DNA of 64,000 nt from Candidatus Latescibacterota bacterium (GCA_965206595.1 OZ242214.1:4576001-4640000); one strand, 5' to 3'; shown: positions 19,485 to 29,839, counted from the first letter of the stretch. Notes: generated from the letters alone by a model not told the origin. A program made the numbers and translations.

Positions 19485-20798
19485 TCACAGGCAATCCCGG
19501 TCTTCGAGAAACGAGAGTGCCTCGTCGAGGGGTCCGTACAGGTGATGAAAGCCGTTAGTCACCACCGTGTCGACATCCGGCGCCGATGCCGCCGCGCCGT
19601 CGCTGACCAGCCGCGAGGCAATCTTCCGCGACTCGGCGGCGTACTCCAGGGCCATGGCGGCGCCTCTCCCGTCCGCTTCCCCCAGGCGCTGGAAGTGGGC
19701 CCGGATCAGGGCCGAAGGGTGGCCGGCGGCGCGAACATCGCTCCAGCCCCTGCCCGCTTCCGCCAGGGCTCCGAGGGCGCCGTCGACCGCCGGCAACCTG
19801 CCGTCTTCCAGCGGTCGGTACGCCCCGGCGCCGAAGTCGTAAACCCCGGAGCGGCCGCGTCCGTCGTACTGGAAGAAGCCGTCCTTCTGGCTGCCGTCCC
19901 CGCGCTGGCCCCCGAGCCGGCCTTCGGCAACCATGTGAGAGAACAGCGGCGACGAAAATGCTTCCCCTTCGATGTAGCGATCCATCACCTCGAGAATCGC
20001 GGCGAAGATTTCGATGCCGGCGTAGTCGATGACCTGGAAAATTCCCATCGGGCGCAGGAGTCCGATCTCGCTGATCGCGTTCACGGCGTAGATCGCTTCC
20101 GGCTCGCCGAATTCGCTCCGCAGGCGGGCGACGCAGGCGGCAGCGTACAGACCCTCGCGAATGAAATGGCCGTTGCCGATGAAGCCGGCGACGTCGCGCG
20201 AGCGCACGACCGTCTTGCCGAACCGGCGGGCGAGCTCCCCGGCAAAGCGGACGAGCCCGGGACGGGTGTCCTCGGCCGGGATCAGCTCGAGGAGCTTCTG
20301 GACCGCGGGCGGGTTGTAGAAGTGAAAGCCGACGACGCGGCCGTCGAGCCCGGCGGCTTCGTCGAGCCGGCGGATCGGAATGGAGGATGTGTTGGACAGG
20401 AAAAGCGCCTCCGGCGGACAGGTCTCCCGCAGCCGCCGCAGCAGGCCGGTCTTCAGGTCTTCGGACTCGGGAACCGCTTCGAACAGCAGGGTGCAGTCCC
20501 GCGCGGCCTCGAGCCTGGTGGCGGTAGAAACCAGGGCCATGGCCCGATCGGTGAAACTCCGCGCCTCCCGTTCGTCACCGAGACGGCGCCGGGCGCGCCG
20601 CAGGAGGTGTTTCTGCAGATAGGCCCGCAGGGGCTCGATCGACTGCGGGCGGCTGTCGATCAGGATCAGCCCGCCGGTCCGGTGGCCGTCGACCTCCAGC
20701 CGGGCCATGAGCTCCGCGGCGAGGAGAGCGATGCCGCTGCCCATCTTGCCGCCGGCGCCGATCACCGCGGCGCTGCCGAGTACGCTTTCGATCTGCAC
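19485..20798 (-). CDS. 3-hydroxyacyl-CoA dehydrogenase family protein
   Basis: GAGGKMGSGIA, EAVPE, SNTSSIPI, GFHFYNP, GFIGN. Confidence 0.9.
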   Translation of the reverse strand: MQIESVLGSAAVIGAGGKMGSGIALLAAELMARLEVDGHRTGGLILIDSRPQSIEPLRAYLQKHLLRRARRRLGDEREARSFTDRAMALVSTATRLEAARDCTLLFEAVPESEDLKTGLLRRLRETCPPEALFLSNTSSIPIRRLDEAAGLDGRVVGFHFYNPPAVQKLLELIPAEDTRPGLVRFAGELARRFGKTVVRSRDVAGFIGNGHFIREGLYAAACVARLRSEFGEPEAIYAVNAISEIGLLRPMGIFQVIDYAGIEIFAAILEVMDRYIEGEAFSSPLFSHMVAEGRLGGQRGDGSQKDGFFQYDGRGRSGVYDFGAGAYRPLEDGRLPAVDGALGALAEAGRGWSDVRAAGHPSALIRAHFQRLGEADGRGAAMALEYAAESRKIASRLVSDGAAASAPDVDTVVTNGFHHLYGPLDEALSFLEDRDCL

Positions 20799-20948
20799 GG
20801 CTTGTTTCGCAGGAAGGATGTCGAGATTGTGGGAACGGAGGGTCAGGAAAACAGGGGTGGCGTCCGCAAGCCCGATTTATCGCGTCTTCAGAATATGACG
20901 GCATCCGTCCGGGGGGAACCGGATCTGATGTTCCAGATCAGGGCTTGG

Positions 20949-21851
20949 CTATGGTCTGTCAGGAGCCTGCGCGAGCCTGACGTCGTATTCCGGAATAGAT
21001 TGCGCGAATGATTCCAGGATAGGGGAATCCGGCGACCACTCGATTCGGGCGGTCTTGGACTTGAGATCCGGCGCACTGTAAACGAAGCGTTCGTCATAGC
21101 GCAAGTACAGCGTTTCAAAGAACTTTTCGAGGCGGAGTGGGCTCTCGCGCGGCGGGAAGTCGGGAAGCATTTGGCCGGAACGGTCGTTGCGCGTGTCGAT
21201 CAGCGCCAACGATATTGCTTCGTATCGGCTGACGTCGTTACGAATGCCCACGCGATCCGTGAGAGCCCTCAATGCCGAATGGAAACGGCGGATCGATTCA
21301 ACGGGCTCGCCGTCATCGGACATCGCCATATCGTTCGGGGCCAAGGCGGCATCTTGGCCAGGCCAATTCGCACGGATCAGAAATAGGTATCCGAAGACAA
21401 GGGCCGGGTAAGTGATGTGCAGGTTCGTACACTCGCCGATCGTCTCTTCCATGCGATTCGTGAGATTGCGGAAGGCGCCGGTCATGCCTTTACAGGAGAC
21501 GGCCAGGACTGGTCCACGGCCGTTCTTGTTAACTACGATATCGACGCTCTTTGTCTTCAAGCCTCCGAGAACGGTCGCTTCGGCCCCGGTAGCGGTCGTT
21601 GGATCGTGTTGGATGAGGTATTGACCGCGGCGCTCAGATACGATGAAGGGAGGTCGCGGCTTGATCTCGTCCGGCCGGAAACCACCCTCCAGGACAAGGC
21701 GGCAGGCTACATACCAGTGGAGAGGCTTGATGTGTTCTTGGCTTTGGGTCCGCCCTTGGTAGCCTGCGAAATGCTCTAACGCGTCAGCTTGACTCACCCA
21801 TTGACAGGGCCGTGGGGAACCTGTGGTGCCCTCGCTACTCCTTGGCGGCAT
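20949..21851 (-). CDS. Putative type II restriction endonuclease
   Basis: TKSVDIVV...VLAVSCK...NLTNRMEETIG resembles a PD-(D/E)xK core; overlaps the end of the methyltransferase gene; composition looks less GC-rich than the flanks. Confidence 0.62.
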   Translation of the reverse strand: MPPRSSEGTTGSPRPCQWVSQADALEHFAGYQGRTQSQEHIKPLHWYVACRLVLEGGFRPDEIKPRPPFIVSERRGQYLIQHDPTTATGAEATVLGGLKTKSVDIVVNKNGRGPVLAVSCKGMTGAFRNLTNRMEETIGECTNLHITYPALVFGYLFLIRANWPGQDAALAPNDMAMSDDGEPVESIRRFHSALRALTDRVGIRNDVSRYEAISLALIDTRNDRSGQMLPDFPPRESPLRLEKFFETLYLRYDERFVYSAPDLKSKTARIEWSPDSPILESFAQSIPEYDVRLAQAPDRP

Positions 21852-23304
21852 AATGTCTCCAACTAAGCATCGTTGAAACGGCTTCCAGAATCTCGGCGCT
21901 TGACAGAGCGAACTTCGTGGAGGCCGGTGGGAACAGGATCTGCGTGGCCTCCCGAGGCTCAAGCTTCAGCATTCCGCCGCCCAGAGGATGTCCTTCGAGC
22001 TCGCAGCTCAGCCGAAGGAAGGGTGTGTCCCAGTACTTCGCCAGTTGACGAACAGCATTCTTGTCGCGGGCACGAATACTGTGGACGGCATTTGTACAGG
22101 TCGCACCCGCGGCGTTTCGGACCAAGTGCGGCATGCGCCCCGACATGTAGGTCAGGAAGAAATCGGGCACATGCACATCCGGAACTGAATACCAAGGCTC
22201 ACGCATTCGGCATTTGTATGCTGCCTGGGCGCGCCTTCCCCGATCGGTATCTAGATATCTGGCAACGCCCAACGGCAATCTACCCCTCTTCGGAATCCGC
22301 AGGAGCATCATGGGATCATCGGATTGCCACCACTGTTCTATGGTCCTCGTGGTGAGTTCTTTGGGCGGCAAGACCCGACCGTTCCGCACCGTCGGGTGGA
22401 GGAGCCTGTCTGGGATGCTCCACTCCTCGGCCTGGGAAGGACGTAGATGGAAGAATTCGTTCGCTCCGCTGACGTATCCGATCCCAATGGTCGCGATGTC
22501 CCCGAAACGGATCGCATCCGAGCTTGACGCGGCTACCTTGTAAAGCTCTCGCACGCTGCTTGGCAACAAGTAGGGCCGTAGTCGACGGTTCCAGGAATTG
22601 CGCCACTCGTGAACCGACACCCGGATGCCGTCGCGAGGTGGTGTTGCAGATGGGATGAAGTGATCGCATACCGAGAACCGCAATTCTGCGGTGCGGCCGC
22701 CAAAGCCACTGGCATAGAGCAACCAGCAGTCCTCGGATAGCTGTGGAAAGAGCTTTCTACGTACGGCAATGATTTGTACGGTGGAGAAATGCTTAACGAG
22801 GTAGTCCAGCAGCGGCGCAGCATAGGGAGCATGGCCGATGGCTGCGGGCACGACAAACGCCATTCGGCCATCGGGCTCTAGCATGTTCGCGGTCGCTACA
22901 AGGAAGGGCGCCCAAGACGCAGTGAGTCCGGAAAACCTCACCCCTAAAGATGCACACAGCTTCAGGGCGCGTGCGCGGACCTCACCCTTGAAAGTCTGAT
23001 AACGAATGAAGGGAGGATTGCCAGCGGCACACTCGAAGCGTTCATCTGAACTTGCAGCCCAAGCGAAGAAGTCAGCCTCGCAGACGACTCCCCAGGGAGC
23101 ACGGCGCATCGCCACGCGCACAGCTACGGGGTCTTGTTCGACCCCGTAGCTGTTCTGGTGGGCAGCAATGAAACGGCCATCTCCGCATGACGGATCGAGA
23201 AGCCGGTCGGACTCCTTTCGAACGGCCCAACGAACGAGATTGGCCACGACAGGTTCCGGGGTATAGTAGGCGCCGGAATGCTTTTGCGAGAGGATAGCCA
23301 TCAA
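21835..23304 (-). CDS. Amino (N6-adenine type) DNA methyltransferase, gamma class
   Basis: GAYYTP, LLDPSCGDGRF (motif I), AGNPPF (motif IV), GGGMLKLEP. Confidence 0.9.
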   Translation of the reverse strand: MMAILSQKHSGAYYTPEPVVANLVRWAVRKESDRLLDPSCGDGRFIAAHQNSYGVEQDPVAVRVAMRRAPWGVVCEADFFAWAASSDERFECAAGNPPFIRYQTFKGEVRARALKLCASLGVRFSGLTASWAPFLVATANMLEPDGRMAFVVPAAIGHAPYAAPLLDYLVKHFSTVQIIAVRRKLFPQLSEDCWLLYASGFGGRTAELRFSVCDHFIPSATPPRDGIRVSVHEWRNSWNRRLRPYLLPSSVRELYKVAASSSDAIRFGDIATIGIGYVSGANEFFHLRPSQAEEWSIPDRLLHPTVRNGRVLPPKELTTRTIEQWWQSDDPMMLLRIPKRGRLPLGVARYLDTDRGRRAQAAYKCRMREPWYSVPDVHVPDFFLTYMSGRMPHLVRNAAGATCTNAVHSIRARDKNAVRQLAKYWDTPFLRLSCELEGHPLGGGMLKLEPREATQILFPPASTKFALSSAEILEAVSTMLSWRHYAAKE

Positions 23305-23689
23305 GCAACTCCTAAGGGCTTAAGACCTCCATCATGGGTGATAACCGCCTCCCCGGACCATCTTCAGAGTTTCTTCTTGAGGCCGGATCGCCGTGGTCTG
23401 TCGATCCTTGGTGTCCAGCACCCAACCTCGCATTCAGGCTGCCAGTCCCGTGGTGGTTCTTTAACCATCCCCTGTTATTTCAGCGGGAATGTGGATGACG
23501 TATGGCAGTTCAACCTGATCGGGATTGGGGTCCCGCCTGGAGATCGTCCAGACAGTCGGTCAGGGGGCGGTTTTTCAAGGCAAGCCAATCCAAATCGGCC
23601 CGGATTGGAAAATCCGCCACCATAATCATAACAACCGAAGGCCGCAGGCGCCGAAAACCGCGCCTGCGCCCCGGCAGTATTTCCAGCTG

Positions 23690-24778
23690 CTACGGCGACG
23701 GCAGCTGGTACCCCTCCACCTCGACCTCGATCTTCGCCAGCACCGACTTCTGTCCATCCATGCCGATTCCGTAGGTCATGTAGAGCGTCTTCGCCGTCTC
23801 GCCGCGGCCGAAGGCGACGTTGGTCGGAACCGGTGTCGGGATGTAGACGAGCTCCTCACCATTCGGAGAATAGCAGACGATTCCGGGCCGCTTCGCGTCA
23901 CGCACCGCTACCCAGAGATTCCCCTCGACGTCGCACACCAGCCCGTCGGGGCCGTCTTCAGGCAGATAGTCTACCAGCACCTCGCGGAAGGTGGCGCTGC
24001 CGTCTTCTGCGAGGTCGTAGGCCAGCAGCGCCATTCTGCCTTTGTGCGAGGGATCCTCGGCAGTTAGCCCGCCGAGGTCGGACGCGGCCAGCGGCAAGCC
24101 CGTGGAGCCGTTGTCGTTGGAGACTACGTAGAGCGACTTCTGGTCCGGCGACACGGCGACGCCGTTCGGTTTGCCGGCGTCGGTGATGATGCGGTGTATC
24201 GATCCGTCCGGATCGATGCGGTAGACGGCGAAGACCCCCATCTCCATGGACTCGTGCCCGAGGTAGCGCGGATCGCTGAAATAGATCCGCCCCTTCTCGT
24301 CGAGGGTGACATCGTTGGGGGAGTTGAATTTCCTGCCGTTGTAGGTGCCGGCGATGATCTCGGCCTTGCCGGTGGTCAGGTCGGTGCGCGTCACCCGCCG
24401 CCCGCCGAAGTCCGCCCCTTCGCAGGCGATCAGCCGCCCCATGGCGTCGAACTTGAGGCCGTTCGACATGCCGCTCGGCGAGCGGAAGACCGCGGCTTCT
24501 CCGGTCTTGGGATCGTAGCGCCAGATGTGGCCGGCCTGCATGCCGGAGACGCCGCTGAAAGTGATGTCGCTGAAGTAGACCGACCCGTCCAGGGCAACCG
24601 CCGGCCCCTCGGTGAAGAAGGCGCCGTCGAAGACCACCTCGACGCGGGCGTCCTTCGAGATGATGTCCGGATGCCCGGACGGTGGGGCGAGCTCGTGCTG
24701 GTCGGCCCGGACTCCTGCAGCCAGCAGCAGGACGCCGCTGATCGTCGAGATTCGCGAAAACAGGGTGCGTGTACGCAT
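23690..24778 (-). CDS. Secreted SMP-30/gluconolactonase family protein
   Basis: FTEGP, SNGL, FNSPND, PNGVAVSPD, PDGL..D.EGNL, TNVAFG; N-terminal signal peptide. Confidence 0.9.
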   Translation of the reverse strand: MRTRTLFSRISTISGVLLLAAGVRADQHELAPPSGHPDIISKDARVEVVFDGAFFTEGPAVALDGSVYFSDITFSGVSGMQAGHIWRYDPKTGEAAVFRSPSGMSNGLKFDAMGRLIACEGADFGGRRVTRTDLTTGKAEIIAGTYNGRKFNSPNDVTLDEKGRIYFSDPRYLGHESMEMGVFAVYRIDPDGSIHRIITDAGKPNGVAVSPDQKSLYVVSNDNGSTGLPLAASDLGGLTAEDPSHKGRMALLAYDLAEDGSATFREVLVDYLPEDGPDGLVCDVEGNLWVAVRDAKRPGIVCYSPNGEELVYIPTPVPTNVAFGRGETAKTLYMTYGIGMDGQKSVLAKIEVEVEGYQLPSP

Positions 24779-24908
24779 GTCCCTCTCCTTTGTTTGCTGA
24801 GGGTGTGCAAGCGGCCACCCTCTCTGTTTGTTGGCCGCCTCGTCGAGGCCGCGCGGTCTCGACAAGGCGGAGCGCCGCGGACGGGGCGATGCTTCCGTTT
24901 CGCTGTCC

Positions 24909-26105
24909 CTACCGCTGCCAGACTTCGGTCGACGCGCCGGTGGGATGCGGGGCGGTCGGCCGCCAGCGCAGCTCCCGGTACGACTCGTACTCGATCTGCA
25001 GCCAGTCGGTCTGCACCCGCACGTGCCCGGCGTGTCGCGAATCCATCGCCGCGGCCAGGATGCCGCTGGTCAACAGGGTCCGTTCCACCGGGTACGCCGG
25101 CACCCCGGTGAGAAACATCTCCTCGATGTTCAGGCCGAGGTAGCTGAAGTGGGCGTTAGCGTTCTGCATCGGGTCGATGGCCTTGAAGTGGTTGAACTCC
25201 GTGGCCGTCACCTCACCCCCGGACGCACGCGCCGCGTACGCCCAGTCGCCGACGATTCCCTTCGTAAGGATCAGCACCGCCGACCTGAGCCCGTCCCGGT
25301 ACTCGATCAGGAAAAGCGCCGGTTCCGGGCACAGCTCCTCGACCGCTCCCGACGGCTTCTCCGAGATGGCGTCCCACGCCGCCTGCAACAGCTCGCGGGA
25401 CCAGTCCCCGCGCCTGGCCGCCTCCCATACCGCTTCTCCTTCGAGGCAGGTGACCGCAGAGACCCCGGTCTCCCCTCCCCGGCGCCGCTCGACCATCGCC
25501 TGCATCGGCTCGAGGGCGTGGATTCCGTACGTCTCCAGTCCAGAGAAACCGATGGTCACGGTTTCGCGCAGGTCGTCGCCGTCGTGCTCGAGCCAGGGGT
25601 TGCGCCACAGCAGCGGCACCGAGGACCCGGCCATGAACGGCGCCCCGAGCTCGCGGGCGCGGTCGTACATCCACCGGGCGTCGGGCCAACTCCAGGACAG
25701 GTGCTTGTCGTTGAACACCGGCACGGCGCGGCCGCTCGTCGCCATGACGCCGCAGATCTGCTCCATGAAGTGCCGCCGCGGATACAGGTACTGTTCCTTT
25801 TCGCTCCAGGCGTACTTGCCGTGCTCGCAGATGCTGAGGACTCCATCCACGGCCAGCTGATCGCCCCCCAGAGTCAGGGCATCGATCATGATGTCGAAGA
25901 TCGGCACGCCGTGGGCGGCCGCCATTTCGCGGCCGAGATCGCTGTTGCCCGGTTGATCGAAGTGAAGAGAGGCGATCTCCACGCGCGGCTCGATCCAGCC
26001 GTCGTCGGTGGGAAACCCCCTGAGGAATTTCGAGACGATGACGTCGGCGTGAGAGCGGGGCCGGTACTCCGAGACGATCGCGGCGATTTTCTTCTTTGCG
26101 GTCAT
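24909..26105 (-). CDS. Uncharacterised protein, distant Gfo/Idh/MocA-like (paralog B, 398 aa)
   Basis: Clear paralog of 26117-27313 (SHADV, VDGVL..EHG.Y, FNDKHLS, MAGSS, PVERTLLTSG); start MTAKKKIAA at 26105. Confidence 0.75.
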   Translation of the reverse strand: MTAKKKIAAIVSEYRPRSHADVIVSKFLRGFPTDDGWIEPRVEIASLHFDQPGNSDLGREMAAAHGVPIFDIMIDALTLGGDQLAVDGVLSICEHGKYAWSEKEQYLYPRRHFMEQICGVMATSGRAVPVFNDKHLSWSWPDARWMYDRARELGAPFMAGSSVPLLWRNPWLEHDGDDLRETVTIGFSGLETYGIHALEPMQAMVERRRGGETGVSAVTCLEGEAVWEAARRGDWSRELLQAAWDAISEKPSGAVEELCPEPALFLIEYRDGLRSAVLILTKGIVGDWAYAARASGGEVTATEFNHFKAIDPMQNANAHFSYLGLNIEEMFLTGVPAYPVERTLLTSGILAAAMDSRHAGHVRVQTDWLQIEYESYRELRWRPTAPHPTGASTEVWQR

Positions 26106-26116
26106 GGCGGTCGCCC

Positions 26117-27313
26117 TCAGGCTGGAGGCGGCCAGGGGTCGAGACAGGCGCCGGCCGGCCGCGGTCCGAGCGGACGCCACGGCAGCTCGTCGTAGGATTC
26201 GTAGGCGACGTCGAGCCAACCGGTCTCGAGCCGGCGGTACCCCTCGTGGCGCGACGTCAATGCCGCCTCGAGCACCCCGCTCGTCAGCAGGGTGCGCTCC
26301 ACCGGCCAAACGGGACTCCCGGTGAGGAACATCTCCTCGATGTTGAGGCCGAGGTAGCTGAAATGGGCGTGCACGCCGTTGCCGCCGTGACCCTGGCAGT
26401 GGAACTCCGAGGCTTGGACGCTGCCGTCGCCCAGGCGGGCGGCGTAGGCGAGGTCGGTGACGTAGCCGTTCAGCATCAGCGCCGATCCCCTGAGACCGTC
26501 GTGGTACTCGACGACGAACAGCGCCGGGTTGCGGCAGTGTTCCTCCATGCCGCCCTGCGGCTTGTCGGGAATCGCCGCGCATGCGGCCTCCGCCAGCTCC
26601 CGCGACCACACCCCCCGTTCGGCCGCTTCCCAGACGGCATCCCCCTCGAAGCAGGTGACCGCGGCGACCCCGGATTCCCCTCCGCGCCGGCGTTCCACCA
26701 TGCACTGCAGCACCTCGAGGGTGTGGAACCCGTAGATGTCCAGGCCGGAGAAACCGACGGCCAGCGCTTCCTCGAGCTCCACCCCCTTCTCGTGCTCGAG
26801 CCAGGGGCTGCGCCAGGCCACCGGCAGGGAAGAGCCGGCCATCAGCGGTGCTTGAAGACCCGCCGCCCGCTCGCACATCCAGCGGCAGTCGTGCCAGTTG
26901 TAGGAGAGGTGCTTGTCGTTGAAGACCGGGACGCCGCGACCGCTCGTCGCCATGACGCCGCAGATCTGCTCCATGAAATAGCGGCGCGGGTAGAGCTGCT
27001 GCTGCTTCTCGTTCCAGGCGTAGTCCCCGTGCTCGCCGATCAGCAGCACGCCGTCGACGGCCAGGGAATCGCCCCCCAGGGTCAGGGCCCCGGGAATGCT
27101 GTGGTAGATGGGGACCCCGTGCTCGGCGGCGATGTCCCTGCCGATGTCGGTGGCGGGAAACTGGTCGATGTACATCGAGGCGACCTCGACGCGCGGCGCG
27201 ATCAGGCCATCGTCGGTCGGGAAGCCCTTGAGGAACTTGCCGACGAGCACGTCGGCGTGAGAGCCGCGGAAGTACTGGGTGATGACCGCGGCGATGCGCT
27301 TGCGGGTGGACAA
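26117..27313 (-). CDS. Uncharacterised protein, distant Gfo/Idh/MocA-like (paralog A, 398 aa)
   Basis: Same motifs as the downstream gene; TTG start after GCTTCCGCATCCTCCC region; operon spacing of 11-16 nt. Confidence 0.75.
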   Translation of the reverse strand: MSTRKRIAAVITQYFRGSHADVLVGKFLKGFPTDDGLIAPRVEVASMYIDQFPATDIGRDIAAEHGVPIYHSIPGALTLGGDSLAVDGVLLIGEHGDYAWNEKQQQLYPRRYFMEQICGVMATSGRGVPVFNDKHLSYNWHDCRWMCERAAGLQAPLMAGSSLPVAWRSPWLEHEKGVELEEALAVGFSGLDIYGFHTLEVLQCMVERRRGGESGVAAVTCFEGDAVWEAAERGVWSRELAEAACAAIPDKPQGGMEEHCRNPALFVVEYHDGLRGSALMLNGYVTDLAYAARLGDGSVQASEFHCQGHGGNGVHAHFSYLGLNIEEMFLTGSPVWPVERTLLTSGVLEAALTSRHEGYRRLETGWLDVAYESYDELPWRPLGPRPAGACLDPWPPPA

Positions 27314-27329
27314 GGGAGGATGCGGAAGC

Positions 27330-28286
27330 TCAGGCGACCGCGGTAAGGGCGGCCAGCAGCGCCTTGATGTAGCCGACCGAGTAGGCGAGGCCGTGCTGGC
27401 CGCCGTCGCCGTCGCCCTCGAGAGCGGGGATGTGGTCGGGGTTGAGACAGCCGTCGAAGCCGAGCCGTTTCAGCTTCAGCAGCACCTTGAACATGTTGAT
27501 GTCGCCGTCGTCGAGGAGCACTTCCTCGAAAGCGCTCGCGGTCGCCAGGGAGCCGCGCACGTTGCGCAGATGCACCATGAAGATGCGCCCCTTGCGCCCG
27601 TAGTTGTCGATCTCGTCCATGATCAGCGGCCCGCCTCCCGCCTCGGCGCGGGTGCCGCAACAGTAGAGGTATCCCACCTGCGGGCTCGGAAAGGCGTCTA
27701 TGACGCGGTGAAACCCCAGCCCTCCGAGCGGGGTGTCGGCGTTCGGTGTGTCCGACGGGTGCATCGCCAGCCTGATGCCGGTCTCTTCGGCGACAGGCAC
27801 CAGCTCCCCGTACAGGACGCAGAACCGTTCCCACCAGAAATCCAGCTCCTCCGGCGCCGGCGGAGGAGGCGGATTGCGCGTCATCGCCAGGCTCTCGCCG
27901 CGCGACTCGTAGCCGCCGCGGTGTTTCGAGCGGTAGCGCGTCATCATGGCGGAGAAGGTGTCTCCGGCGACGCGCTGTCTCGCGATCGGGACTCCGGCCT
28001 CGGCGAACACCCGCAGTGCCCGGCAGCTGTTCTCCAGCTCCTTGCCGCCGCCCTCCCGGTCCTTCATGAACTCCTCGGTGATGTCGGGAAGGGTGACGCG
28101 ATTGATGTCCATGCCCCAGGACTGGATTTTCCGGCGGATCGCGACGACCTCGTCGAGGTCGGGGTACCCCTGCTCCCTGACGCCGGGGAAGTAGTCGCCG
28201 CCGCCGAAGTCGAGGCAGTCGACCCCGAGCTGAGAGGCTCTTCGCAGGTGGCTATCGGAGGTATCGCCCCAGATGGAAATCCGCAT
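27330..28286 (-). CDS. Mannonate dehydratase (UxuA)-like TIM-barrel protein
   Basis: VPVAEETGIRLAMHPSD, CCGTRAE, VHLRNV, EVLLDDGDINM, PDHIP, AYSVGYIKAL. Confidence 0.8.
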   Translation of the reverse strand: MRISIWGDTSDSHLRRASQLGVDCLDFGGGDYFPGVREQGYPDLDEVVAIRRKIQSWGMDINRVTLPDITEEFMKDREGGGKELENSCRALRVFAEAGVPIARQRVAGDTFSAMMTRYRSKHRGGYESRGESLAMTRNPPPPPAPEELDFWWERFCVLYGELVPVAEETGIRLAMHPSDTPNADTPLGGLGFHRVIDAFPSPQVGYLYCCGTRAEAGGGPLIMDEIDNYGRKGRIFMVHLRNVRGSLATASAFEEVLLDDGDINMFKVLLKLKRLGFDGCLNPDHIPALEGDGDGGQHGLAYSVGYIKALLAALTAVA

Positions 28287-28512
28287 CGCGATTGCAGTGA
28301 CCTTTCGGGAAGGCGGCGAATCAGCGGGCTCGTCGCGCCGCGACAGGCTGCCTGTTTCCCTTGCTAAAGGCGGGGACGGTGAGGATTTCCGGCGTGTCGC
28401 CGCTGCGTTGTTTAGGCTGTCCGGTTCTCTCTTGCCCCGAGGGAGCAGCAAGATAACTTGACCGGCATCCGTCTACAACCGGCGCAAAGCGCGAAAAAAC
28501 AGGTGCGGCAGA

Positions 28513-28911
28513 ATGTCCGGGAACGGCTGTTTCGAGCTGGAATTCGAGGTGCGGGACTACGAGTGCGACTTGCAGGGAATCGTCAACAACGCCGTCTATC
28601 TCAACTACCTGGAGCACGCCCGCCACCGGTATCTCAAGAGCATCGGCATCGACTTCGCGGCATTGCACGAGCGCGGCTGCGACCTCGTTGTCACGCGCTC
28701 CGAGATCGACTACGAGAGCCCGCTGCGCAGCGGCGACCGCTTCGTCGTGCGCTCGCGGATGCGGCGGCAGCGGCGGATCCGTTTCCTGTTCGAGCAGGAG
28801 GTCGTCAAGCTGCCGGGACAGGAGCGGGTGCTTCAGGCCGTCATCACCGGCACCGGTGTGATCGACGGCAGGATCGGCTTGCCCCCGGAACTGCAGCAGC
28901 TGCCCGGATAG
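28513..28911 (+). CDS. Acyl-CoA thioesterase (YbgC/FadM hot-dog fold)
   Basis: VRDYECDLQGIVNNAVYLNYLEHAR. Confidence 0.9.
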   Translation: MSGNGCFELEFEVRDYECDLQGIVNNAVYLNYLEHARHRYLKSIGIDFAALHERGCDLVVTRSEIDYESPLRSGDRFVVRSRMRRQRRIRFLFEQEVVKLPGQERVLQAVITGTGVIDGRIGLPPELQQLPG

Positions 28912-29009
28912 CAGTTCCGGCGAGGGCGCGACCCCACCCCGTCACCCGGCTGTCCCCGCGACTCAGGGAAGCGGTCGCATCTTCCAACCAAACTGAAAGG
29001 AGGTCCCCG

Positions 29010-29789
29010 ATGAAAGAGAAGGTCTGGCTCTGGTGTCACCCGACGGGAGTTCACGATGGGCGCTGGAACCTGCCCGCTTCCTCCGCGGCTCCGGCGGAGG
29101 CCCTCGACTACCTCGGTATCGAGAACGCGATCTACGTCGTCTTCAACAATATCCCGCAGCCCCCCTTCGCTCCCCACATCGGCGGCCTCAAGGAAGCGCG
29201 CCGGCTCGTTTGGTCGATCGTCGGCGATTCGAGCAGCGACCGGAACGACGACCGCGCCGACCTGGAGCCGGTGCTCGAGCTCGCCCGCGACTGCCCCAAT
29301 CTCACCGGCGCGATCACGGACGACTTCTTCCTGCCCCAACCGGGTCCCAATGGGGAGCAGGCGCGGCTTTCTCTCGACGAGCTCGCCGGCTGCGGCGACG
29401 CCCTCGGACGCTGCGAGCCGGCGCTGGAGCTGTGGACGGTCGTCTACGACATGATTCTCGGCCGGCCCCTGAAGCCGTATCTCGACCTGTGCGACGTGGT
29501 GACCTACTGGACCTGGGAGGCGAAGAATCTCGTCGATCTCGAGGGAAACTTTGCCGCGGTCGAGGCGGTTGCCCCGGACTGCCGCAAGCTTCTCGGCTGC
29601 TACATGTGGGACTACGGCTCCGGGGGGGCCGAGGTTCCGCCCGAGCTCATGGAGAAGCAGTGTCGCCTTGCCGAGTCGTGGATCGACTCCGGGCGCATCG
29701 ACGGGGTGATTTTCCTGGCCGGCAACCTCCACGGCACGAGAACCGCGGGAATCGAGTACGTCAGGGACTGGCTCGCCGATCGCTGGTAA
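29010..29789 (+). CDS. Hypothetical protein (possible TIM barrel)
   Basis: AAAGGAGG RBS, host-like codon usage, GAITDDFF and LLGCYMWDYG motifs. Confidence 0.7.
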   Translation: MKEKVWLWCHPTGVHDGRWNLPASSAAPAEALDYLGIENAIYVVFNNIPQPPFAPHIGGLKEARRLVWSIVGDSSSDRNDDRADLEPVLELARDCPNLTGAITDDFFLPQPGPNGEQARLSLDELAGCGDALGRCEPALELWTVVYDMILGRPLKPYLDLCDVVTYWTWEAKNLVDLEGNFAAVEAVAPDCRKLLGCYMWDYGSGGAEVPPELMEKQCRLAESWIDSGRIDGVIFLAGNLHGTRTAGIEYVRDWLADRW

Positions 29790-29839
29790 GGTATCGCGGC
29801 ACATCATCCTGATAAGCTGGCGGATTCCGTGTTCGTCCG

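Noticed and set aside
23305-23689. Controller (C) protein or mobility gene for the R-M pair
   Set aside because: Only short ORFs without an HTH-like pattern; no flanking direct repeats found by eye
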